Shown: positions 1 to 8,068 of the stretch, piece after piece
Position numbering within the stretch: position 1 is the stretch's first letter
Layout of the letters: each line of letters opens with the position of its first letter
Virus record (IMG/VR): IMGVR_UViG_3300044796_000222
Span: 29,014-93,013 of that record
Length of the DNA: 64,000 nucleotides
Source of the DNA: a virus
Direction: 5' to 3' (one strand)
Made by a program: the position numbers and the translations under genes
The notes under the pieces: model-generated
The model's database searches: none
Seen by the model: the letters and a program-made list of their open reading frames with translations, nothing else
What the model was told of the DNA's origin: nothing

Positions 1-500
1 GCGTACTGGCCGGCCGCAAGAGAGCCGCCGCCGAGCAGGATCGTTTCGATCGATGCGATCGGAGTTAGACGTTGCTGCACTTGTGGAGTTGTGCCGGCAA
101 CGACGTGGGCGAACGGATCATTCAACGCGGCTCGCAGGACCGCATTCAGAACATCACGCCATGGAACGCCGGAGGCTTGCGCCTTCGCGAAGATGACCGC
201 ACGCCGCTGCGGGATCGTGGCGCCCGATGGCGGAGCGATCCCAAGGTGCTGCTCCCAAAGCGGGATCGACCAAGTTGCCAGTTGTGGGAGCGCGTTGTTC
301 ACCGCTGCCGCGTTCTGCGCCTGAGCGCGTGAGATGGCGCAAGCGATGACCTGATTCTCAATATTGAGAAGCGTCCCATCATCGTTGTTGATGAAGCCCT
401 GCCCAGCGCCATCCTTCAATGACTGATAGATCGAATTCTCTTTCGACGGACCGCCGCCCATCGCCATGGGCATCCGGCAGAGGCCGCCCATGCGAGACAT
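1..500 (-). CDS. Baseplate wedge protein, Mu gp48/YmfQ (DUF2313)-like; runs off the window edge
   Basis: Not in the ORF track; read manually from ATG at 500: MSRMGGLCRMPMAMGGG...WSIPLWEQHLGIAPPSGATIPQRRAVIFAK. WExxLG...RRxxIxAK motif, downstream of baseplate J. Confidence 0.7.
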   Translation of the reverse strand, partial: MSRMGGLCRMPMAMGGGPSKENSIYQSLKDGAGQGFINNDDGTLLNIENQVIACAISRAQAQNAAAVNNALPQLATWSIPLWEQHLGIAPPSGATIPQRRAVIFAKAQASGVPWRDVLNAVLRAALNDPFAHVVAGTTPQVQQRLTPIASIETILLGGGSLAAGQY

Positions 501-970
501 CAGTTGTTGACGATCAGCACGAACGAGGCGTCCGCGCTCAAGTGGACCGTGATGGCCGTTGGGGATGCGCCGCCGACGTTCAGGACCGTTCGTTGAACAG
601 TCGCGGCGATGTCTGCGACACCAGGCGGCGTACATACCTGAGCGATCGCCATGACCGGGATGACGCTGTAACCGGTATTCAATGTAACGACTGGAGCGCC
701 AGCCGTCCCAAGAATGCTGACGAGCGATGACGGGATGCCGCGGCAATTCGTGATCGTGTATGTGCCGAAGGCATATTGAACCTGAATTGTGCAGGCCCAC
801 GCCGACGCTTCGATCGCCTGGATCTCAGCTCGTGCTTGGTTCCAAGCGGCTGCGTCCATCTCCACTTGCGGATTCGTGAGCGCGCGATCGTTCGCGAGGT
901 CAGGACCCATGTTGGTCGTGACCGACCTGATTTGCGGGAAGTTCGGCGTCGGCGCGACAGGTGTTGCCAT
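500..970 (-). CDS. Hypothetical baseplate/tail-associated protein
   Basis: 156-aa ORF tightly packed between the baseplate J and gp48-like genes. Confidence 0.6.
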   Translation of the reverse strand: MATPVAPTPNFPQIRSVTTNMGPDLANDRALTNPQVEMDAAAWNQARAEIQAIEASAWACTIQVQYAFGTYTITNCRGIPSSLVSILGTAGAPVVTLNTGYSVIPVMAIAQVCTPPGVADIAATVQRTVLNVGGASPTAITVHLSADASFVLIVNN

Positions 971-974
971 TTGG

Positions 975-2618
975 TTAGGTGCTCGAAGGGCAGACGATCA
1001 CTGTGCTCAACGTCAACAACCAAGGTGCCTGCCCTAGCACTGGCCCGGACGGGACGGTAGGGGTGAAATACGATCCGGTAAACGGAGCGATCGAGGCGTC
1101 GTTCGCGTCCGTGGCGTCGAGGATGGCGCCGGTGAGTCGCCCGGTAACATCGGTGGGCCACGAAACCGTTCCTGTCGCTGGATCGATGTCGGTTGGGCGT
1201 GGGAAGCGTCGACGGCGAACGACGTCATCGGCCGTCAGTGCAGTCATCTCGCCCGGCCCGAGCCCGGCGAAGTAGGTCGGAATTGCGCCGGTGAGAGCGA
1301 GCGATGGCGAAAGCGGGGCGCCGGCCAATGCGTACAGTTGTGAACACCACGGAGCAACCGTTGCGCCGCCAGCCGCGATCGCGGCGGCGGGCGTTGCGTA
1401 CGTGGCTGACGGGGGGAAAGGAACTGCGGCTTCAGTCGGCGCACTACCGTCTGACGCGGACCACGCGCCGACCGTGATGGCCCAAGTCGACATGCCGCTA
1501 AATGTCGCAGTGGCCGTGTATAGGATCTGCGCGTAGCAGAAACCTTTGCTCTGGAAAAATACGCCGATTGTATTCCCGGCGACAGGAGCCGTGGGCGATC
1601 CGCCGACCGGAACGAGCACGTAGAATTGGCTCAGGCCGGTTGAGCCGACCACAGCGTACCACGTTAGCGGGTCCGATCCGCTGATCGTCGCCGGCCAAAC
1701 GTCGAACGGGTTATTGACGCTCGCCTCATAAGAGAGGACGATCGTTGTCGGCTGCGGGTTGACGGCGTTGACCGACGTGTTCTCAAACACATCGTCTGGA
1801 ATTCCTGGGATCATGACGCCAGACGATCCTTGGATGCCGGACTGAATTGCTCCCACCACGCGCGAGAGGAGCGTGGTTCCGGCTACGCGCGTTGCAGAAG
1901 ATGCGCTTGTGGTCACAACGACATCCAGCGTGCCTGGGCCACGAAGCGCTGGGTACGGGAATGATTTCTCCACGCCAACGCATGAATCGCAGAGCGCCTG
2001 GATCTGTGAGATGTTCCCGGCGGCTGGACGTGAACGGCGGACTTGCAGAATTGACTGCGCCCACTGAGCCGGCGTTTGCGGGTCAGCCCCGCCGCCAAGC
2101 GAGATTACGATCGCGTTGACGTTTACGCCGGGCGGGGGGTTCGACAGCGTAAGCGTCGTCCCGTCGTCGACATCGTAGCCGGCCCCGCTCGCCGAAGCGA
2201 CGACGTTGATCGTGGCGGTCAATGAGGGGAGCGTGATGCTGACGGCGCCAGCGGTCAGGTATGTGTTGCCCGTCGTCGGGTTCACAAGGATCGCCCCGCT
2301 CCCGATCGTCTGCGGATAGGATGCGGTAACAGTCGCTTGACCAGACGAGAACTCAGCGCCCCCCTGCGCGACGCCATCGATTGCGGCGTGGAGCGGCAAG
2401 TAGACGTTCGGATCGCAGGTGTCAGGGAAGATTTGTTTCGATAGATACGTCGCGTTCGAATACGCTGGCGCAAGCGTGTTGGCGATCACCGAATAGCGAA
2501 TCCATGCGTCCTTGCCGGCCGTAGTGTCAACGGACGGCGCCATGACTCGCTGATCGCGCAGCATCATGTCGCGGAGTTGGTCAGTTGTGAAGACAGTGAG
2601 CGAAGGTGTAGCTGCCAT
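975..2618 (-). CDS. Baseplate J / Mu gp47-like protein
   Basis: QIFPDTCD..YLPLHA, GGADPQT, RPAAGN, RGPGTLDVVV motifs; synteny. Confidence 0.9.
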   Translation of the reverse strand: MAATPSLTVFTTDQLRDMMLRDQRVMAPSVDTTAGKDAWIRYSVIANTLAPAYSNATYLSKQIFPDTCDPNVYLPLHAAIDGVAQGGAEFSSGQATVTASYPQTIGSGAILVNPTTGNTYLTAGAVSITLPSLTATINVVASASGAGYDVDDGTTLTLSNPPPGVNVNAIVISLGGGADPQTPAQWAQSILQVRRSRPAAGNISQIQALCDSCVGVEKSFPYPALRGPGTLDVVVTTSASSATRVAGTTLLSRVVGAIQSGIQGSSGVMIPGIPDDVFENTSVNAVNPQPTTIVLSYEASVNNPFDVWPATISGSDPLTWYAVVGSTGLSQFYVLVPVGGSPTAPVAGNTIGVFFQSKGFCYAQILYTATATFSGMSTWAITVGAWSASDGSAPTEAAVPFPPSATYATPAAAIAAGGATVAPWCSQLYALAGAPLSPSLALTGAIPTYFAGLGPGEMTALTADDVVRRRRFPRPTDIDPATGTVSWPTDVTGRLTGAILDATDANDASIAPFTGSYFTPTVPSGPVLGQAPWLLTLSTVIVCPSST

Positions 2619-3077
2619 TTATTCGCTCGGGATCTGAACGACGCCGGTGGGATTGAATTGGATCGCATTCAACGAAGCGACCGTGCCGTTGATGTTGGCG
2701 AACGTCGATTGAACGGCCAGGTTCGCGATCGTGCCAGCGTCCAACATCGGTTGCAGCGCGGCCTGAATGTCGTTCTGCGCATTCGTGGCGCTGGCGGCCG
2801 TTCGGATCGTGATCGTAGTCAGGAGGTTGCCAACGGTTGCGTCGACGAAGGTGCCTTGAACCGTGGCGACACGGAAGAGCGCTTCTTCAATGATCGGATC
2901 GCCGCCCAGGTAGTCTCCGCTTGAATCAAGCGCGTAGTCTCCGTCGATGATGGCTCGGCACGTCGCAACCCCGTTCGTCGGCGCATACGTCGGCGGCCAC
3001 AGGACTTCGCCAATGCCGCCGCATGCTCCGAATCCGCACGGGAAGAAGCCGAGCGTGGAAATGGCGGGAGGGCTCAT
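2619..3077 (-). CDS. Baseplate wedge/sheath initiator, Mu gp46/gp25-like
   Basis: GDYALD...T.QGTFVD.TVGN.L...AL.PM.DAG pattern; position before baseplate J. Confidence 0.7.
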   Translation of the reverse strand: MSPPAISTLGFFPCGFGACGGIGEVLWPPTYAPTNGVATCRAIIDGDYALDSSGDYLGGDPIIEEALFRVATVQGTFVDATVGNLLTTITIRTAASATNAQNDIQAALQPMLDAGTIANLAVQSTFANINGTVASLNAIQFNPTGVVQIPSE

Positions 3078-3469
3078 GGCGTGGCTCCGGTTGCGTTGGT
3101 CGCGTCAGGGCACGGCGGGGTCGCTGGTAGCGTCGGAATCGTCGGGATGACCGGGATGTTCAGCGGGAACGGCGGCTGCGGCAGAGGGGCGACAGGGACA
3201 GCGAATGGGAGCGCGCCAGCGAAGGGTACGGGCGGCGACGGTGGGAGCGCGGGGATCGCCGGCAGCGGAGGAGCGCCAAGCGCCTGAGCAAGACCCGCTG
3301 GCGTCAGCGCGGGGATGGCTGGAACCGCGAAGGGTAGCGCGCCGGAATATGGAACCGGCGGTAGCGCTGGCAGCGTTGGGATGACGGGGAGCGGTGGGGC
3401 GCCCAAGGCTTCGGCGATTCCGGCCGGCGTGAGAAGCGGGAGCGTCGGAACCGCGAAGCCGCAACTCAT
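3074..3469 (-). CDS. Proline-rich protein with two 42-aa repeats
   Basis: ATG at 3469 overlaps the spike stop and its own stop overlaps the next start; 39 of 131 residues are Pro. Confidence 0.65.
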   Translation of the reverse strand: MSCGFAVPTLPLLTPAGIAEALGAPPLPVIPTLPALPPVPYSGALPFAVPAIPALTPAGLAQALGAPPLPAIPALPPSPPVPFAGALPFAVPVAPLPQPPFPLNIPVIPTIPTLPATPPCPDATNATGATP

Positions 3470-4254
3470 GGCGTTGCCTTGATCGTTGAGCTGCCAGCGG
3501 GCGTGAGTGCGAGCGGAATCGTTGGGGGAGTCGTAGGCGAACCTGCGGCGGCCGACGTATGGAAATGCAGATTGAACTGCTGCGTCAACGAGGCAACAAG
3601 CGCCGCCAGATACGACAGTGTGATCACCGGATCGGACGCGTTCGCTCCGATATTGACGGCCTGCGCGTTCAACTGGACCATCGAGCCAGTGATCGTCGCC
3701 GTGCCGCCTTCGAAGTTCGCCGAGCATCCGCCGGTCGAGGATGACCAACCGATTCCGGTCGGCGTCATGGTCAGCCACGGGGCCGCGGCACCAGCGCTCG
3801 CTGGAATCCCGGTGAGCGAAAGCGTCGGCGTCGATGCGGACGTGTCGAAGAGAAACGAGCCGCCGAACGCCGCGATCCCGACCTGCTTTTGCTTGAAGAA
3901 GGCGCGCGAACCGAACGCGTTGAAAAGCGCGGACTCGCCAGCAAGAAGGTCGGCCGCGTATTTCGCGAACCGCGTGTCGCGCATCGCAACGGAAATATTC
4001 TCGTCACCCATCTGCGCGACAAGCGCTTCAGCGGATGCTTGGATATTCCCCTGCGCGTCGGTGGTGGGGACGGCAGGGACCGCAACCAGGCACCAAGGCC
4101 CAAGAGCATCATCCATCGGCGACTCGGAAGTCCCTGGGATGCCAGGAATTGTGTCAGCCGTAGCCTGGATTTGGAGCGTCTTCGTCGTCGGTGTGAATTG
4201 AGACCCGACAACGGTTGCCCATCGCATAATCCCGGCGTCGTCAGACTTGCGCAT
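3466..4254 (-). CDS. Baseplate central spike (Mu gp45/gpV-like)
   Basis: GESALFN motif, beta-rich body, C-terminal HFH...TTPP metal-binding apex. Confidence 0.85.
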   Translation of the reverse strand: MRKSDDAGIMRWATVVGSQFTPTTKTLQIQATADTIPGIPGTSESPMDDALGPWCLVAVPAVPTTDAQGNIQASAEALVAQMGDENISVAMRDTRFAKYAADLLAGESALFNAFGSRAFFKQKQVGIAAFGGSFLFDTSASTPTLSLTGIPASAGAAAPWLTMTPTGIGWSSSTGGCSANFEGGTATITGSMVQLNAQAVNIGANASDPVITLSYLAALVASLTQQFNLHFHTSAAAGSPTTPPTIPLALTPAGSSTIKATP

Positions 4255-4256
4255 CG

Positions 4257-5864
4257 CTACGCCTCATTGACGGACGCGTCGGTTGGGGGGCCAAGCACGA
4301 TGGAGTTCAGCGGGATCAGGTCGAGAATCGTGTGTGTGCCGCTTTCTTTCGATCGCGTGAACGTGCGGCTGATGATATACATCGGCCCCTCAATTTCGCC
4401 AGCGGGCCACACGACGTTCGCGGTGGTGTCGATCGCGTAGACGTATCCGTTCTGTGCGTGACCGCTCACCATCACGCGAACCACGTCCGCCGTCTGCCTT
4501 CGGATGCAGAGTTCGTAGTTGGCGCGCTGATCGGCGTCCGCCTTCGTTTTGCATGAGTTGTCATGTATCGTGATCGGACGATAGAGGCCCATCGATTGAA
4601 TGAACGGGTCGAACACGACGGAATGGATCGGCGACCTCGCGAAGTCGCCGCCGACGCTGTGCCCATAGACGTGGATCTCTGACGGCCTATGCTCGATATT
4701 CTGAACCCTGCCGATCGACTCGCAGTTGTTGCCGTATGCCGCATCGCCCTGCTGGCAGATGAAACTGAACAGTGGGTCTTGCGTGAAGTTCGGCTTGCCG
4801 AACACGATCTTGCCGTCGGCGGTGCCCCAGATGAGCAGGTTGTAGCGGATCGCATGCCGGTGCAGGAAATCGTAGACCGATTCACCAGCGTGCGGCTTGG
4901 CCTTCTTGACGTCGATCGTGTTCAGCGCAGTAGTGGAAATGTATCGAGGTTTCTCTGCCGGGATGCGCGTAAAGCCAACCGGGACGTCAACGCCAGCTTG
5001 TGAAGCTGGAATGTATGCTCCGCTCGTCACATCGAGTATGTAGCTTGATTCTACGTCGACTACGATTTCGCCGCTGACGGCATCGAAATGCGTAGCGCTC
5101 GCTTTCGTGCCAGCGTGGCCTGGTGTGGCCGGCGTGTCCGTCGACTGAAGCACGCCGGCCGCAAATGGCGTCACCTGATAGCCTGGAAACGCTAGCGGCG
5201 TCGGGATGTCGGCCCCAAGCATGCGAAGCCGAGCCTTCGCTTGCGCATTCTTGAGGAGGTCTGGTCCAACGATCGGGATCGCGGCGATCGGGGCCGTAAC
5301 GGACGCATCACCATCGATCAGCGCTTGTGCCCGCGCTTGGGACGGGTCACGCACCGTTGTCGTTGTCGACCCGCGCCCAAGTAGGAAGTTCCGGTTTGCC
5401 GCGTTATCGATCAAGATGTCGGATTCAGCGAATCCGAATGGCGCAAGAACCTTCAGGATGACGTCACGGAATGTGACGTTGTTGAAGACGAGTCCCGGCA
5501 TCACGTCAGAATCGACCAACGGGCGCATGTGGTCGTAGCCGACGATGTGATATTCTGTGCCGTGATCCTTGCTTGACTCGATGGAACTTCGGTAGATACG
5601 CCCGCGCAACTGCAACGCTTGTCCATTTTGCGTTTCTACCTGCAAATAGATCGGCATCGCCATCGTAAGACTGCGATGCGAAATCGTGTCGCGCAGGCCG
5701 CCCGCTGCGCTTGGTGCCGGCTTCCTGAACTCGAACGAATCGGACGGATCGAGAAGATCGGACTTGATTGTATATGTTTCGTAGTCGGTAAACGTGTCGT
5801 CAGGGTCTTTCGACCGCAGGACGGCAATGCAGTCGTTCGGGCCGAACTGCCAGTTGTCGCTCAT
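4257..5864 (-). CDS. Baseplate hub protein (Mu gp44/GpD-like)
   Basis: SDLLDPSDSFEF, GESVYDFL.RHA, IWGTADGKIVF, FTRSKESGTHT motifs; ATG at 5864 overlaps the upstream stop. Confidence 0.85.
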   Translation of the reverse strand: MSDNWQFGPNDCIAVLRSKDPDDTFTDYETYTIKSDLLDPSDSFEFRKPAPSAAGGLRDTISHRSLTMAMPIYLQVETQNGQALQLRGRIYRSSIESSKDHGTEYHIVGYDHMRPLVDSDVMPGLVFNNVTFRDVILKVLAPFGFAESDILIDNAANRNFLLGRGSTTTTVRDPSQARAQALIDGDASVTAPIAAIPIVGPDLLKNAQAKARLRMLGADIPTPLAFPGYQVTPFAAGVLQSTDTPATPGHAGTKASATHFDAVSGEIVVDVESSYILDVTSGAYIPASQAGVDVPVGFTRIPAEKPRYISTTALNTIDVKKAKPHAGESVYDFLHRHAIRYNLLIWGTADGKIVFGKPNFTQDPLFSFICQQGDAAYGNNCESIGRVQNIEHRPSEIHVYGHSVGGDFARSPIHSVVFDPFIQSMGLYRPITIHDNSCKTKADADQRANYELCIRRQTADVVRVMVSGHAQNGYVYAIDTTANVVWPAGEIEGPMYIISRTFTRSKESGTHTILDLIPLNSIVLGPPTDASVNEA

Positions 5865-6850
5865 GACGGCAAGTAGTAGTTGATGTCCGAACCCTGCGGA
5901 ACTACGTTCCAGTCTGGGACATTGTTTAGTTTGATCAGGTCTGCCGGCGAGCACTTGGTCGCGGTGGCGATGGCGACGATGTTGGTGTCAACCTTTGTCG
6001 AATAAATGCCGATCTGGCGCGCGTTCAGTATCTGGAAGATCGCGTTCGACAGATTGTCGTGGACGATAACCAACTGCTGATAGATCGGCCATTCCGAAGT
6101 TGACTTCAATGAGCCGGGCTGCTGCAATATCGTCGAGATCGCGCCGAGCGTCAGGTTGGCTTGCTGGACCGGCAGCGATAGGTTGTCTTCGATGACTTGC
6201 AGGTTCGCCAGGATCGTATTGATCGCCCCGAACCAACTCGCGATCACGTTGCCGCCGGAGTCCGTGAACAGTTGCGGCGTTGGGATTGGCGCAAGCTTGA
6301 ACATGTTGTCCAACGTCTGCGCTTGCTGAGGCAGCGAACCGACGGCGCTTGGCAGCGGGAGAACCGACAGCGCTGTTGAGTTGTCTTCCCAGAACTGAAT
6401 TGTGACCATCGCGCCATCACGCGCCGTCGCGATATAACTTTCATTGACCTTGATGACGGCCTTCGGGATGGTGCCGAGCCCAGCCGGCAGAACAAGCGCT
6501 TGGCTCTTCTGCGTCTGGGCGGCATCCCTCAACTTCGCAACGTTGCCAGGCCAGAGTACGTTTTGCGACTGAACGCCGTGCGTGATCATTCCTACATAGA
6601 ACGGTGCGACGATTTGTCCGGTCGTCTGCTCGCGGCCAGTGTATTCAGCGTCGGCGCCGGGTCGATACGGGTACTTGTGCCATGCGACCTGAGAACCGCT
6701 GTAAATCTGGAACGAATGAACCGGGATTGTGATCCCGGCGTACGAACAGATCGCCGCATTCGAGAACAGGTCATTCTGCTTGCCGCTGGACGCTTTTGCT
6801 GTACCGGCGCCGCCGCTGCCGTTGGACAGCCCAGACGAAGTGTCTGCCAT
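5861..6850 (-). CDS. DNA circularization / tube initiator protein (Mu gp43-like) with C-terminal LysM-like domain
   Basis: HKYPYRPGADAEYTGR N-terminal motif; IAT...DLIKLNNVPDWNVVPQG C-terminus. Confidence 0.85.
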   Translation of the reverse strand: MADTSSGLSNGSGGAGTAKASSGKQNDLFSNAAICSYAGITIPVHSFQIYSGSQVAWHKYPYRPGADAEYTGREQTTGQIVAPFYVGMITHGVQSQNVLWPGNVAKLRDAAQTQKSQALVLPAGLGTIPKAVIKVNESYIATARDGAMVTIQFWEDNSTALSVLPLPSAVGSLPQQAQTLDNMFKLAPIPTPQLFTDSGGNVIASWFGAINTILANLQVIEDNLSLPVQQANLTLGAISTILQQPGSLKSTSEWPIYQQLVIVHDNLSNAIFQILNARQIGIYSTKVDTNIVAIATATKCSPADLIKLNNVPDWNVVPQGSDINYYLPS

Positions 6851-6852
6851 GG

Positions 6853-8067
6853 CTACGATCCCAGCGGAGCCGAATAAATGTTCGCCGAATAATGGCCGTC
6901 TGGTTCAAGTTGCGCGAAGCCTTGCCAGATGAGCCCTTCGCCGACCAACTCTGGCGCAAGCGGTTGAGGATAGGCTTGCGACTGCGCGATCGACGTGACA
7001 GGAGCGATTGACGCGAACCCGTTGACGGATGGGCTTACGATGATGTTTTGACCGGCACCGAAGCCTGCCGGGTTGCCGTAAAACGTCGCGATGAAAGGGA
7101 CTGTGAGCGACCCAGTATCATCGGACGTGAGCGATTCCGTTGTTGTGAATGTGTAAGATGGGAATCCGTTCCAATACAGCGCAGTGCCGATCGGCAGTGC
7201 GGTGCGATTGAGCGCGGCAACGGTTACGGTAGGAGCGATGGCGTTCGTCGACGGGCTCGTGCTTATGACATTCAACGTTTTTCCGACCGAAATCGAAGAC
7301 GCGTTGTCGCTAGTGACCCACACGATCGGCACCGTATCGGTGACGGCTCCTGTCACGCCGACCACCGTGCCATCGATGATGAAGTTGGCGACAGTGTATT
7401 GTGCGCCTGTGGCCGGGTCTTCGAGCAACGCGGTAGTGACGCCGCTTGTGCCAACAAGTTGTTGCACTGTTGCTGTCGTCGATAGGCCCGACACGGGCGA
7501 AGTGAACGTCAATTTCGAACCAAGCGTCACGTTGCCGGCGACGCTGGAGGAAGCCTCGCCGACGGCGACGGTTTGAAGGCCAGCCGTCGTGAGCGACGCT
7601 GTTGCCGTCGTGAGATACGCCTTCCCGCTGAACGGGTCCTCCAACTGTGTCCCGATCGGCAGGTTGCCGCCTGGCGCGACATATATTTGGAACTGCACCG
7701 TCTTCGCGAGTCGGCCGGTGAATGTCACGGTTGGCTGCGCGCCGCCAGCGGAAGCCGCCAGTTGGAAGAAGCCGGACAACTTCGGCAGCGGCGGCACGTC
7801 CGTCGCGGCAACCTGCATCTGCGTGATGCCTTGGCGACCGTCAGGCGCCTGCGAAAGCACGCGCGCCTTCACCATGCCGTTCGCAGCAGCGCTGACGCTC
7901 AGCACTTTGATGTTCGTTGTTGGGGCGCCTGTGGCGATCGCGTTCGCGTCAGTCGGGAGCGCCGCCGCTGCTGCTGCAAGATACGTTGCCTGGATCGAGG
8001 CCACGCCGGTCGCTACCGCCGCGCTCGCATCATCGTACGTTGCGTAGAACGATCGATAGAACGGCAT
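6853..8067 (-). CDS. Beta-rich virion protein with repeated baseplate-J-like beta domains
   Basis: 404-aa Thr/Ala/Val-rich ORF between the tape measure and gp43-like genes. Confidence 0.6.
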   Translation of the reverse strand: MPFYRSFYATYDDASAAVATGVASIQATYLAAAAAALPTDANAIATGAPTTNIKVLSVSAAANGMVKARVLSQAPDGRQGITQMQVAATDVPPLPKLSGFFQLAASAGGAQPTVTFTGRLAKTVQFQIYVAPGGNLPIGTQLEDPFSGKAYLTTATASLTTAGLQTVAVGEASSSVAGNVTLGSKLTFTSPVSGLSTTATVQQLVGTSGVTTALLEDPATGAQYTVANFIIDGTVVGVTGAVTDTVPIVWVTSDNASSISVGKTLNVISTSPSTNAIAPTVTVAALNRTALPIGTALYWNGFPSYTFTTTESLTSDDTGSLTVPFIATFYGNPAGFGAGQNIIVSPSVNGFASIAPVTSIAQSQAYPQPLAPELVGEGLIWQGFAQLEPDGHYSANIYSAPLGS

Positions 8068-8068
8068 C

